Assembly: GCF_000281045.1 (NCBI RefSeq)
Contig: NW_008246085.1
Location: 435,749 to 499,748, forward strand
DNA: 64,000 bases
Source of the DNA: Saprolegnia diclina VS20
Lineage: Eukaryota
Reading direction: 5' to 3'
The position numbers and the translations under genes are program-made. Every line of letters starts with the position of its first letter. Within the stretch, counting starts at the first letter, position 1. The notes beneath the pieces are model-generated. The model did not search any database, was not told where the DNA came from, and saw nothing but the letters and a program-made list of their open reading frames with translations. This document shows, one piece after another, positions 26,109 through 39,100 of the stretch.

Positions 26109-28591
26109 TTATGCCTCGGCGCTCTCTGTCGTAGCCGGCGGTTCGAGCTCGCGCAAGCGGGCTTCGACACTCGCGACGCGCTCGGCGGGGCAAATGAGCG
26201 TGAGAAGGCGCAGCTGCTTGACGGCTTCGTCCACGCGGCCGATTTGCACGAGGAACTCGGCGAGGTACTCGTACGTCGCGGGATTGCGCTCGTGGAGGCG
26301 AATCGACTCTTTGAACGCAATCATGGCGTTCTGGTAGTCGCCGAGCGCGGCGTGGGCGCGGCCGTACGTGCACAGAAGGATGCTCCAGCTCATGTGGTCG
26401 TGCGTCGGGATGAGCTACAAGCACCAGCCGATGAGCGCTCCTTCACAGTCCGTATCCGCACCTTGAGTGCGCTTTCAATGAGGTTCTTGGCCTTCTCGGG
26501 GTGGTGCGGCATCTCAACAAGAGCGCTACACAGCGCAGATCTCATTTTTCGAGTCAAAAGTGACGACATTGTACCGGAGGTTCCACGTCGCCGCCCGCTT
26601 CTTGTCGACTTTGAGGGCGGCCGTGCATGCGTCCCGAGCCCGCTTTGTGTTTTTTGCGCGACGCTCGATCTTGGCCAACGTCGTGAGCAGCATGACTCGG
26701 TTACTGCACTGCTGCGTCGCTAAATGCTTTTGCATAAAATCGATTCGACAGGATAAGAGCCATCCGTACCAAGGTCCAAGACAACGCGGGCCGACTCGAT
26801 GTTGCCCCGCTTGGCCTCCATCTTGGCCAACGAGCACCAGTAGCTCGCCGACCACGGCGAGAGGTGCGTCGCCTAGCAACGCGCAGGAAGCGACGCGTCA
26901 GGTAGATAAAGCCGTACCTTTTCATAGTACTCCTTGGCCCGATCGACATCGCCGTGCTTCTCTTCCAGAATGCCCCAGTTCTAGTCGTTTCTAGTTAGTC
27001 GATTGGACGCACAAGAGGTCGTCGGCGTACGTGCCACAGCTGCGCATTGTCCGGAACCATGGCGACACCGGTCGAAAACGTCTCGCGCGCGTCCTCGAGA
27101 CCGTGTTGGGCGTCCGTGCGAAGATGAAAGTACGCCAGCGACTAGGATCCATATGCACTCGAGATATGGACACGACGCATTCTACCGTGATGTTGGAGAT
27201 GCTTCCCGGGTTGTGCTTGAGCACGGTATGGTAGATTTTAAGCGCCGCGCCGTGGTTGCCAAGACCGTCTTCAAACTGCGCAAATGCATTGTACGCGCGC
27301 TCGTCGATCGAGGACAACTTGGTGTCTACATGCACGCCACGTAAGCTGGTGTCAGCGCAATAGAAGCACCGACATTCGCGGAAGGCGTCGCGGGCGCCCT
27401 CGACATCGCCGAGCTTGGCGAGGCTCATCGCACGCAACATAAACTGCTTCTTGTCGTACGGTGCCGACTCGAGGCCTTGGTCCAAGACGACGACCGCCTC
27501 GCCGTAAAAGCCGCGTTCGTACTCGAGCTGGGCCCACGCCTACGTCGAGTCGTCGATCAGTATCAAGTTGATACAACGCATACACCGTACGTGGAACACT
27601 TGAGGCGTGCAGAGCGCCATTTGCGTCGCTTGCGTGAAGAGCTGGCGCGCGAGCTTCATGTGGCCGTGCCGGCCCTCAAAGAGCGCGTAGGCCTACGCCA
27701 CATGAGAATGCAAGTTGCCATCGCACACGCACCTCGGCCAGGTGAATGTCGTCCGGAAACTTCTTCTTGTAAGCGACAAAGAGCTTTCTGCGCTCCTGCG
27801 TTCAAAGCCGGTCGAGAGTCGGATGTCTACCTGGCTTTGTCCGTGTTGCCGCTGCGATCTTCGACCAAGGCCAAGCCTACGCTGCATCTTTGAGCATCGC
27901 GCGACCGAGGGATCGAGGTCGCACCGAGACCGGCCATCGCGGTCTGCGTCGTCTTGCCGGCGTCGGCCGCAATGATGACGTTGAAGAGGCGGCGTGCTTC
28001 GTTGAAGTTTTCAATGTCGCCTTCCATCGTCGCCCACGACTGCCAGAGACTCGCGCTGAAGCAGATTTTGGACGCCTTGGTGAAGATCTTGCGCGCCAGC
28101 ATGACCTTGCCGTCGCGCCACTCCTACGCTCACACGTCGCCTGTGAGGACAACACGCACATTGCGATGGCGACGTACCATGGTCGCCCACTTGTTCCACA
28201 TCTCCATGTCGTGGTAGTAATGGTGCTGGAGCACATTGCGGAAGAGCCGCCGGGCGCCATTGATATCGAGGCGGATGAGCGCCTGCAACGTCATCTCGTT
28301 CGCCGCGACATGGTCGCTCTGGAAGCCTTCGAGATGGTCGCGCTCGGGCTCCCACTCGCCTGTTTCTTCGCTGTACGAACCAAAGTAGCTACCCGTGGCC
28401 GGCGGCGCCGCCGACGAAAAGGCCGGCCGCGACTGCGACAGCCAGCGCTGCTGCTGGTACATGGTCTTGATGCTCGAGACGCGGTGCGTCTGCTTCCACG
28501 TTGCCAGCACGAGCGACTGCGACCGCAGCACCGTCGCGCCCGAGAGGCGAAGCGTTTGGGGGCGCAGGACCCGTCGATGAAAGGCCAGCAT
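26109..28591 (-). CDS. HAT/TPR-repeat protein with probable mitochondrial presequence, many exons
   Basis: Arg/Ser/Leu-rich, acid-free N-terminus (MLAFHRRVLRPQTLRL...). HAT-like repeats (LWQSWATMEGD..EARRLF; AWAQLE; YNAFAQFE) and a C-terminal TPR. Confidence 0.75.
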
Positions 28592-30165
28592 TTGGCTTGG
28601 AACGCGTCCGAGCAACACCGATTGCGAGTGCCAATCGGCCCGCTTTTTTAAAACGTCGCGCAGATCCATACAAACATCCAGTATACATTTTATTTGATAT
28701 GTCCAGCTTCGAACTTCGGTTTGCAAGCCGCCACAAGCTCGAGCGTCGCATCCATGATGATGGGCTGGAGGCCACCAAGCTTAGCACGCTGCGGCGTTGC
28801 AGCCGCCATCTAGGACGCACGAGGGCGCAGCGAAGACAAACCATTCTCCACACGTCACCTTGATGCCCGATAAACCGCTCGGAGCGCCCGTTCAATCTGG
28901 TGCCGGGCAAACGACCGTCGTGGCGTGCGATGGTGACGATCGTCGCTCTGTAGCTCAATATGAATGCAACAGACGACGTGCAGAGGCTCACCTCCAACGT
29001 CTTGAGTCCGCGCCCGTACAACTTCTTAGTTGAAGTTCTCAACACCATGGCAAAACCTGCGTGCGACGACCAAACTCGCAATCGATCTGCTCAAGCAGCG
29101 CGGTCGAGCTGCTTCGTATTGTTGCAGAAGCGACGGACATCGAGGGATCGCGAGCGAGCTCCTTGGCATCGAAAATAGCATACGTCTCCAGGTCTTCAGG
29201 CTTCAGGAAGGCAACTCCAACTTCGATTTGTTGTCTTCGATTTTTTGCTGGCAACGTGCAACACGACGATGCAGGCCAACTTGGTGCCAAGCGCGCTCAT
29301 CGAGCGGGCCGATACGAAGAAGATGCTGTACGACCAAGCACTCGACGGCGCAGGAAGCTTCATCTTGGGCTAGGTACCGCGCCTGTGGGCTCTGCAAGCG
29401 AGTGGTGCCGGGCGACCAGCGTACGTCGACTTTCACCAGCACGAGGCTCGGACAGGCAGCGTAGGACCGTACTGCCGCTTTTGCAACGTTTCGCTGCACG
29501 AGACGACCCAAGTGATCTGGAGGTACAAGCTCGTGGTACCTCTTTTGTATGCACGTCGCTGTGGCTCAGGCGTACGATAGCTCAGTTGCGCGATTGGCAT
29601 GACGCTCCTCAACGTTATCCTTTTTGACGAAGGTACGCGAATGATCTCGACCTGTCGATGAGTCCATGGGTGTAGTTGCTGAGGTGTTTCTTGGTGCGCC
29701 GGCCAGCCGCTATGCCAAAGTCCTCGCCTGCAACGTACGCGCGTCTCTGACATCGACTGTCGTAGCTACGGGAGAAGCTGCCGTCGCTTGATGCAGCGGT
29801 GGCCGAGACGCTCGAAGGGTCCCTTGTCGAGATGACGCTGCAGGTTGGTCTTCGCGTCGGGCCTTGGCTTGACGCAGGTGGACAAATAGGAGAGCGCGGT
29901 CAACTCCGCCACCGGATACGAGGTAACACGAGCAGCATTTATGTGAGCCCATGCGCATATCAATGAGCTAGCGAGAGCCCAAGGCCGTTCGCATTGCGTG
30001 GTATGGGTCCGCCGACGCGACGCCGCTGCTCACGCGTGTCCTCCAGCGCCACTACAAGGACAACAACGTCGCGCTCTAGTCGCTACCTTAGTTGCTTTGA
30101 GTAAAGACCTTGCTCTTCTTCTGCATTCGCATGACGACAGGGGTCGGTCGCTATATATTTATAGC

Positions 30166-31470
30166 ATGGTCGTCTTGGACATTGAGAAGCGCGAGGTGCA
30201 CGCGCTCTGTGACCTCTTCCACGCCCTCGACGGTAGCTTCGCGTGTGGCGTCGGGTGGCTCATCGTATCGCAGGCTCGCGCTGGCGGCGCAAAGACGGGT
30301 GGCTCAAGCTGGACCGAACGCAAGAGCTCGCGTCGGGCGTTGGGCTCGACTGGTTTGGCACCAAGTGGGACAAAGGGCGGCTCGTCGCGCTCGACCTCAG
30401 TCGCAACGACCTCCGCGGGTCGCTGCCCGACCTCTTTGGGGCGTTCAAGAAGCTCCGGTCGCTTCAGCTGCGGGACAACCCGCGGCTCCGCGGTCTCATT
30501 TTCTCCGTGCCATGTCAAAATTCCCACACAAGATGTCCGAATAGGCCGACTGCCGCCGTCGCTCTATGCGCTCAAGCGACTCCAGCTCGTGTACGTCGAT
30601 GGCACGCAGCTTGTGCACGTCGTCCCACCTGCGCTGGCGCACAACCTCCACGTGACCCAGTACAAGGCGGACGCGATCGCGACAATTCGCTTCCATACGC
30701 CCGGCCCATGCCAGTGGATGGTCGACATCTCCGAGCAGGAAATGTTTTTGGTGGCCGCCAAGCTCGAGGCGGCTAGGCAGCCACCGCGACCGCGCGCCAT
30801 CGAGCGCTCGGCGATGAACGCGACGGGCGCCGAGCGCATGGCGGCCGCCACCAAGCTGCAGCAGCTCTATCGCGCCAAGATGGCGCGCCGCAAGTTTCGC
30901 GACCTCCTCTCGACCATCTACGAAGCGTACGTCGACCCTGCGTCCGGCGCCGCCTACTACGTCGATACGCGCACGGGCACTTTGACGTGGGAGAAGCCCG
31001 CGCTGCTGCGACGCGTGGACGCGATCGCTGGGACAAAGAAGGCGCCGCCGCCAGTCTTGCCGCAGCTCGACGAGTGGCAGCCGCTAAACGACGACGACGG
31101 CTACGAGGTAGACGGCCTCATACTGCTGCACGAGTGGTTGTGCATGTCCGACATCTAGTACTACTGGAATCCTCGGACGAACGAGACGCGGTGGGAGGAC
31201 CCGCGGCGCCGCCCAACAATCCGTGACGAGCTCCTCCGGCGCTATGGCTTTGAAGCGACCGACGACGCGCGGTACGCACGCCTCTTTGCCGAGTACGACA
31301 AGGACCACAGCGGCAACATCGACGTCGACGAGTTCACGGCGCTCTGCGGCGACCTCGGGCTGCCCATGGGCCCAGCACAAATTGCGAGCGTTCTCTCGAC
31401 ACTCGACACGTCGGGCGACGGGCTCCTGAGCGTCGATGAGCTCAAGGGCTGGCTCGACATGGCGCACTAA
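30166..31470 (+). CDS. LRR + IQ + 2xWW + EF-hand pair protein
   Basis: LVALDLSRNDLRGSLP (plant-type LRR with cap), AATKLQQLYRAKMARR (IQ), YYVDTRTGTLTWEKP and YYWNPRTNETRWEDP (WW), DKDHSGNIDVDE and DTSGDGLLSVDE (EF-hands). Three short introns. Confidence 0.8.
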
Positions 31471-31500
31471 CGCTATAAGACTCGGATGCAAGCTCAGTTA

Positions 31501-34500
31501 TTATAACGAGCGCTGGAGCATCGCCACGAGCTTCTCGGCGTCGACAAGCGACCGCGTGAGGCCCACGAGAAGGCCGCGCTCGAGCGTGTAAATGTCGCGG
31601 CAGACGCACACGCAGCTGACGCCGATGTTCCCAAAGGTGATGGAATACTCGGCAAAAACCGCGTGGCCAATGGTCTCGAGCATCGGGGACGACGTCACCG
31701 ACACGGTGACCGCGGCGTCGACGAGCGCCTTGAACTTGGCCATGCCCGCCGGTCCTGCATACTTGCCCCAGAACGGAACGTCTTCTGGGACTTCGCACTG
31801 CAGCACAAAGGTGCTGCTGCCCGGGGGTAGCGTAATCAGAAACGCATTCACCGAGGCTTCGTACATGGCGCGCACGGTGCGCAAGTGTGCTTCCTACAGC
31901 CGCACCTCCTTGACGCATGGGGTTCGGGATGTAAAGCTACCTCGTTGAGGTCGGCGCCCTTTGTCGCGAGGAAGATGGACGACGCGATCGCACGCAGCCA
32001 GGCGTCGCGCGAGGTGCGCTGCCGCAGCACCAGCGTCAGCGTCACGTCCACCTCTTTGATCGTGTCAAAGCCGACGACCTGGAGACCAAACGCGTTCTGC
32101 TGCTTGACGTACACCATCCACTCGGCCGCGTGGCAATCCACCATCGAGAAACCGGTCGACTTCTTGCCGCGCGAGAAGAGCCGCAGTTTGCTCGCCGGCT
32201 TTTCACTTGCGATGCGTAGTGAGCACGTGCTCTTGTGCAGCGTCAGATGCACTTTCTTCCATTGCCCGAGCGCGACTTGCTGGAAGACGTGCCCCGAGAC
32301 AACGTCGCCGTCGTCTTCACTCTGAAGCGCATCGTCCAACGCATCGAGGTCTGCGTCTGTGATCGGGAAGGACGCTTGGCTGCTGCTATGTTCGCGGCTC
32401 TGCGTCACCGCGTGGAGCGTCACGCTGGCCTTCTCGACAAGGTTGGCGGCCGACCCGACCGAGTCGAGGCGCTTGCGGTTGCCCGACGCGCTTGCAACGT
32501 CGTCCGTCTGCTTGTAGTGCTCGGCCACGAGGCGGCTCACCGTGTCGGCCCATGTCGGACTCTTTTGGCAGTACTGGCGCACGAGCTCCTGCTGCAGAGT
32601 TGGCGCACTAGCCCAAATAGACGAGTATCAGTTCTGATTTGGAGGCGGTAGGGGTGTACCTGCAGATCTGGTGGAGGCGGATCCCGAGGCGAGCGACATG
32701 GCCATGGTACGGTGTCTCGCGTGCGATCAGCCCTTGCTCAATGCACCGCAGCAGGTTCTGCGCTTCGTGTCGGAAGGCGCTTCGCAGCAAAACGTTGTTG
32801 GCTTTGCCGTTGGGGCGGTCGAGGAGCGTCAAGAAGATGCGTAAGAGCGAGTTGTGCAGGAGGTTGGCATTCGGGTGCAGCTCAAAGAGCGAGAGAAGCC
32901 CAGGAACGAGGTCGTGGTCGGCCATCGTGGCGTCCCATAGCTCGACTGCAATCATGGCTTTGATCGCGCGCAAGACGTGGAGGAGGAGAAAGCTGGACGT
33001 GAGCGGAATACAGTCGAGCGCGCCCGACCAGTTGCGCTTGAGCGGACTCGTGACGCTCGCGCATCGACTGTCGAGCCGGGCGTCGACGCTGCACCCGTCA
33101 TCATCGTCGTCGTCGTCTTCGCTGTCGGAGAAGGACGCTTGGGTCGCCAAAAACGTAATTTGCCGGTTGTAGCGCGCAATGTGGATCAAGGTCGTGAGCA
33201 TCGGCACGAGCTGGCCAAGGTGCTTGACGACGGTCTCGGCCAGCCCCACGATTGGCACTTGCTCGAGGAGCGCCGAAATGACGTCCAGCACAAACACTAT
33301 TACCAGTCAACTTGATACGTTGATACGAAGACGCGAATACCGGTGGGTGTCGGGTTCATGGCAATGTCGGCGTGCACGTTCCAAAAGAGCAGCTCGTCGA
33401 TGCTGATGTCGAGGAGAGGACTCAGGAGCGCAAGTGCGTCGGGCGACAGGATCGTGGCGACCACCCACGTCTGCAACTCGACGTCCATGACGCGCTGCAT
33501 GTAGGCGGCGTTGGCCTCGAACGACGTCATGTGCGATGTGCCTCGCTGCAGGTACGTAAACGTGTCGGGGTACATGCCCGTGACGAGGCCGTGCAGGACG
33601 CTGCTGTGATTGGCCATGCGCGCCTGCGTCATGCCGTGGGCGACGCCCCGCGCGGCCTTGAAATCATATGCCGTCCCAATCGAATGGAGCAGCCCGAGCA
33701 CGAGCGAATTCGCAAAGGCACGGGACAAGTCGGCCGCATATCCGAGGTGCACAAGGCCGTGGACCAAGACCGCCATGTCTTCGAGATACGAGTGGAACAA
33801 GAGGCGTTCGCTCCATGTGACGCCATCGACCTGAAGGCTGCGAAGCATGGAAAACACGGGCGTGTAGATGATGTACGTCTTGGTCATCTGCACAGAGGTG
33901 ACGGTTCTGTCATGCGCAGAGGAACATACCTTGATGAGGAATCCGAGAAGGATCGGGTCGAGTGGGACATCGCACCAGAGGCAGTGATAGAGGTCCAGGA
34001 ACGCGTGGGACCACTCGTCTGTCGAGAGCTCTGTCCATGGGTACTTGAAGGCGGATGGCGCCGGTCCTTGCTTGATGTTGATGTCCCACCAGTTGGGCGC
34101 AGAGGCCGCACGCTCGCGCAGCTGACCGTTGACCTTTTCAGTCGAGGCTTCGGGGCTCGACGGCCGCCGGCTGCACTCTTCTTTTTTTGCTGGTGCGGGC
34201 TGGTGCCACGTCAGGTACGCCGGGTACAGCCGCGTTGCGACAAAGAAGCACACGTACTGGTCGCGGTAGATGCCATAGTCGACGTCTTGCCGCAGCGTTT
34301 GGTGCACGCCAATGCCGCCAAACACGCGGCGAATCGCGGCTGGGTTGAGGATGAGGCGCTTCCAGTAGTCCGCAATCGGGTTGGACGCGTGGAGTGAGAT
34401 GAGGCGCTCGATGCCACCGAGGAGCGTGGCGACGCTGTAGCGCGGGCAGAAGAGACACTCGACGCTCGTGACGTGGCGCAAGCTCTCGGCGTCATGCGAG

Positions 34501-34556
34501 CTTGGGCCCGCGTTCTGCGCAGCCTCGGTCCGGTCGCAGCAGCAGGCGTCGACCAT
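31501..34556 (-). CDS. SAPS/PP6R-like helical region + PH domain + SnoaL/NTF2-like C-terminal domain
   Basis: LLSLFELHPNANLLHNSL and YHGHVARLG resemble SAPS motifs. GQWKKVHLTL...SRDAWLRAI is PH-like. VPFWGKYAG..GMAKF is SnoaL-like. GT-AG introns join these segments in frame. Confidence 0.68.
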
Positions 34557-35087
34557 CGAGAGCGGTTGTTGTCGACGTATCGCCCAATCAGACGCGCACG
34601 GCAATGGCTTCTCGACACCGGATTGGTCGGCCGCAGGATGTCGAACTCGGACGCACTTTTATTCGAATTCGAGCGACAGTTAGCAAAGGTCCTCGTTGCA
34701 CATTGCACATAGCAAGCACGCCGTCGCTCGTCGCCCAAGACGCTCGGCTTCCCGACGCTGCGTCGGCGGGGGCAGAGGATAGAAGAAGGTCGTCGCCAAT
34801 TCTGTTGTCCTGGATACTTTCCGCCCAGCTACGTTATCCGGACAATCCGAAGGAATCGGCACATGCCGAAATTAGTATCTCGGCGTCCAGCGAGTCCGGA
34901 CAGCTTTGCTGGGCCGGGGTGACGAGCTTACAGGCACTTTTGCTGCGGCGGCGCAGTACCTCCGCACTAGTACGACGAATGTGGGGTGTAGAGCTGGGGT
35001 GTAGTTGCAGCTTGCCAGCTTAAGTGCGTTGGATTGGCTGTTTTTATCCGGATGCGACGGCGATCTTCGAGCCTGGTCAGAATCGGA

Positions 35088-36075
35088 ATGCTGTCGAAGG
35101 TGGTCCGCGATGGTGTGTGCGAGCTCACGCTTACGAGCGCCAAGACGCGCAATGCTCTCGGGCTCGGCCTCATCCGCGAGCTGCAGGACGCTCTCCGCAG
35201 CATCCACGAGGACCGTGCTGTTCGGTGCGTCGCTGGAGCAACGGGTCGATTTCTCGATCATCCTGTCTAGTGTCGTCGTGCTCGGCGCAGAGGGCCCGGT
35301 CTTTTGCTCGGGGCACAACCTCAAGGAAATGCATGCAGCGCGTGAGGCCTGCGCCTCCGACGATCAAGTGCTCGCCTCGTCCGACGGCGCGCGCAAGCTC
35401 AAGGAGACCTTCGACGAGTGCAGTCGCATGATGCAGTCGATCCTGACCTTGCATCAGCCCGTGATCGCCAAGGTCAACGGCGTCGCGACAGCAGCGGGGT
35501 GCCAGCTCGTCGCAACGTGTGACCTCGCGTTTGCGACGCCCCACTCGAAGTTTTGCACGCCCGGTACGTTTCGCGCTTTCCCGCTGCGTGATGCACGAGC
35601 GTACATGTAGGCGTCAACATTGGGCTCTTTTGCTCGACGCCTGGTGTCGCGCTCGGTCGCGCCGTCGGCCGGAAGCAGGCCATGCGCATGCTTCTCACTG
35701 GTGACCTCGTCTCGGCCGACGACGCCGTCCAGATGGGTCTGCTCAACGACGTCGTGCCCGAGGCGGTGCGCAAGGCGTCCTTCTTCAAGATGTAATTTTC
35801 ATCGTAGGAGCTCGACGCCCATGTGAGTGCTCTCGCGCAAGAGATCGCGTCCAAGAGCCCGACGGCGCTTCGCCTTGGGAAGCGAGCTTTCTACCAGCAG
35901 CTCGAGATGCCCGTGGGCGACGCCTACGCGTTCGCGGCATCGGTACGCTTCCACGCACGTTCCTCGCGTTCTCCAAGCATCTTCCTAGGTCATGTGGACC
36001 AATATGATGGCCGAGGACGCCCGCCATGGGATCGGCGCCTTCCTCAGCAAGACCAAACCCAAGTGGCAAGACTAA
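35088..36075 (+). CDS. ECHDC3: Enoyl-CoA hydratase/isomerase family, ECHDC3-like
   Basis: RNAL, GPVFCSGHNLKE, PVIAKVNGVATAAGCQLVATCD, TPGVNIGLFCSTP (spliced), GIGAFLSKTKPKW. An alternative in-frame ATG lies at 35052. Confidence 0.9.
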
Positions 36076-36135
36076 GATTATTAAATAACAACACATAGCG
36101 CGAGAGACAGTAGTACAACGAAGGCGCATGATGCG

Positions 36136-39100
36136 CTAGCGGATGCGGAGCGTGACGAGGCCGGTGATATCCCCGGTGCGCCGACCCCCGACCGCCAGCG
36201 TCGCGCCGAACGGAACGCTGGACCCGTGGTGCGCGTACGCTTGGGACAGTGAGATGACGCACTGCCCGATCGCCTTGTCGGGCTTGCCAATGTGCAGCGC
36301 CACGTGCATGTGCGGCCGCGGGTGGGTGTTGGTCGTCTGCGCAATGCCCTTGAGCTGCAGGCGGTGCAGACTCACCGTCTTGGTGTTCGAGTACAAGCTC
36401 ATGTCGCGTCGAGTCTGTAGCCGCCCCGCCATCTCTTCCAACTACATGAAGCGTCAGCACGCACGGAACTAGCATCGTATCATAGAACCAGTCGCTGGTG
36501 CAGATAGTCGTCTTCGCACGGCAGTGGGAAAAGCACCCGCGCCTCCACCGCGTCTACGCAGGTTGAAATATGCGACCCAACTAGCGACGTGGTTACCGTC
36601 AATGACAATGGCCGAGTCAGTTGTGCCACTGCGCGCCGACGACTGGTCCGTCTTGGGCGCCGTATCTTCCTTGAACGTATCCCGCTCGACGTCCGTGTCA
36701 TTTTGGCCGGACCACGTGATCTCAATGTGGCTCAGCGTCACCGTACAACGTTTCTGCGCCTTCTACAAAGCTAGGGTTAGGTGTAGCAAATCGGATCTAT
36801 CGTACGAGATTCGTGTCGAGGCAGCGACTGCCCTGCTCCACATACGCCTCAAAGAGACAGCTCACGGGCTTGTGGTCCGAGACTGTTATGTGCTCGCAGC
36901 TGTTGTACGCGACGGGCGTGAGCCGCTCGCGCAAGTCGGGCAGCGAGTGGAAGAGAACGCGGTCCGTGTAGGACGGGACGCGCTCGGCCGCACCGGCGTG
37001 CAGTGAAAACACTGTCTCGAGCTGCGACGACGTCGTGTCGAGCTCGAGGTCGATGCGCGTGCCGCGTTGCCGGCGGTACGTCGGTGCAAATGCGATCGGC
37101 GCTTCTTCAAAATCATGGAAAATCTGCAGCACAATAAGAAATGATAGCAATATTTCCGAGGCGTACCTTGGACTGCTGCATGCAGAGCCGCAGTTCGTCG
37201 TGCGGGAGGAGCGCCATCCACGCGTTCTCGCGCGTAATGCTGCTGTCGAGCGTCGCCACGCTCGAGTGTTCGTCGTCTTGGAGCAGAAGCGGCGGCTGCG
37301 GCGTCGGCGACGTCACGAGCGAGTACGCCGACGACGACATGGAATGGAACCGCTCGATTTGGCTCTGCACCGAGAACGAGAGCGCGGCGTTCTTGACGTG
37401 GAGCAGCACCGACGCGAGGAGGTCGAGCACATGCCGCGCCGACGCCTTCTGGTACGTGAGCCGGTAGTTGAGGTCGCCCATGACGATCGTGTGGTGGGCC
37501 ATGATGGGCACATCGAACCCCGAGTGCGTCGCCGAGAGTACCATGTTGTTGAGCACATGGCTCGTGTCGATGTTGCGCTTCTCGAGCTTGCTCGTTTTCT
37601 ACAAGAATCGTCGACTAAGAACACACATGTCAAAAACGAGTCGGTGTACCGAGTCGGACGCGAGGTGGCAGTTGATGACGGCGAACGTCGAGTTGTAGTA
37701 CCGAAACATAAAGCCGACCGCACCCTTGTTGGACGCACGGCCCACGAGAAGTGACTTGCCGCAGTTGACCTACAGATAAGACGCGTCAGCAGCCGCATCG
37801 AAGGCGCGCATGATACCTTGGCCGAGGCGTCCAAGTGCATTTCAAACACCCGCGAGCTCACGTCGTCGGTCGCGACAAAGACCGTGATGGCGATGAAGCC
37901 CTACGCTGTCGATGAGCACACCAACGATCAATGAACAAAATACATGGAAGCCAAGCGCCGTGTTGCGGCTCCCAATCTCACGCGAGTAGGCCGTGAAGGA
38001 CCGCTGCTTGCGCGGAAAGCCTTGGTGCTCCAAGTGGGCGTGGATCGCCGCGCGGTAGTCGTCCAAGTAGAGACATTCTTGGAGCCCGATAACGTAGATA
38101 TCGTGTCCCAGCGGAATCCAGTCGTCCTACAGCACGATACGACGTCATTCGACGTGCTCTCTGCAACAAGTTCCTACGAGGTTCTTGGGCACACCGGCTT
38201 CGCCGCAGTTGAACGTGGTCGCAAAGATCATGGCGCGCTGGAGCTCATACTGGCTCAAGGAAAGCTCGTTGGCTTCGGACGGCGCGTCCTTCTTGTCACA
38301 GCCCAACTTGACGCCGCAGCAAGCGAGCGCGATGACAGCGATCGGGCAGTCGTGAAAGATGCCGCCGTACAAGACAGCGTTGATGAACCCTGCGCAGTGT
38401 GAGAAGGGTCATGCACCTCGGCGTGCACCTTGGAGGTTGATGGTCAGTTGCGCGAGCAGCACGAGTGGAAAATGAATCCGGCTGTCGTCGTGGGCCTGGA
38501 TGCCTGCGATTGGAGGTCAGATAACTAGGATTCAAATATAGGGGCCTTGAACCTCGAAAGACGAGACTCGGAAGGAGCAGCACCACGGAGCAGACGAGGT
38601 AGAGCAAAAATTGCTTTTGCAATATCGAGTACGAAGTCGACGCGACGTCCGATGTCTCCCTAGACCATATTCGAGGTGATCATCCGCGGTAAAGTGGTGG
38701 TAAGACGTACTTTTGCGCCCACTTCCACGTGTTGTGCCACACGATGCCAATCACGAGCGCGTTGAAAACGGCGCAGACGAGCAGGAGCGGGAAGAAGTGC
38801 TCCATCTTGGCGAGCCGTCCCTGCTTGGTCTCGCTCGAGAGCCAGCAGTAAAAGTCAGCGCCGCCGTACGCGCCACCTACGTAGCGCGTGGTCAAAAGGT
38901 CCTTCGCGAGCACCCTCAAACATACTGCACCAATGCCACACCGACATGGCGGTCGCGGGGACAATGGAGATGGCAAGGTACCACTTGTGGCGGCTGCGGA
39001 GCTTCTCGTCCGAGTCGCGCTTGACACACCACCGGTAGAGGTTGAAGGCCATGCACGACGAGCAGACCCAGGCTATGTCCATGTTCAAGGCTGTGTGTAA

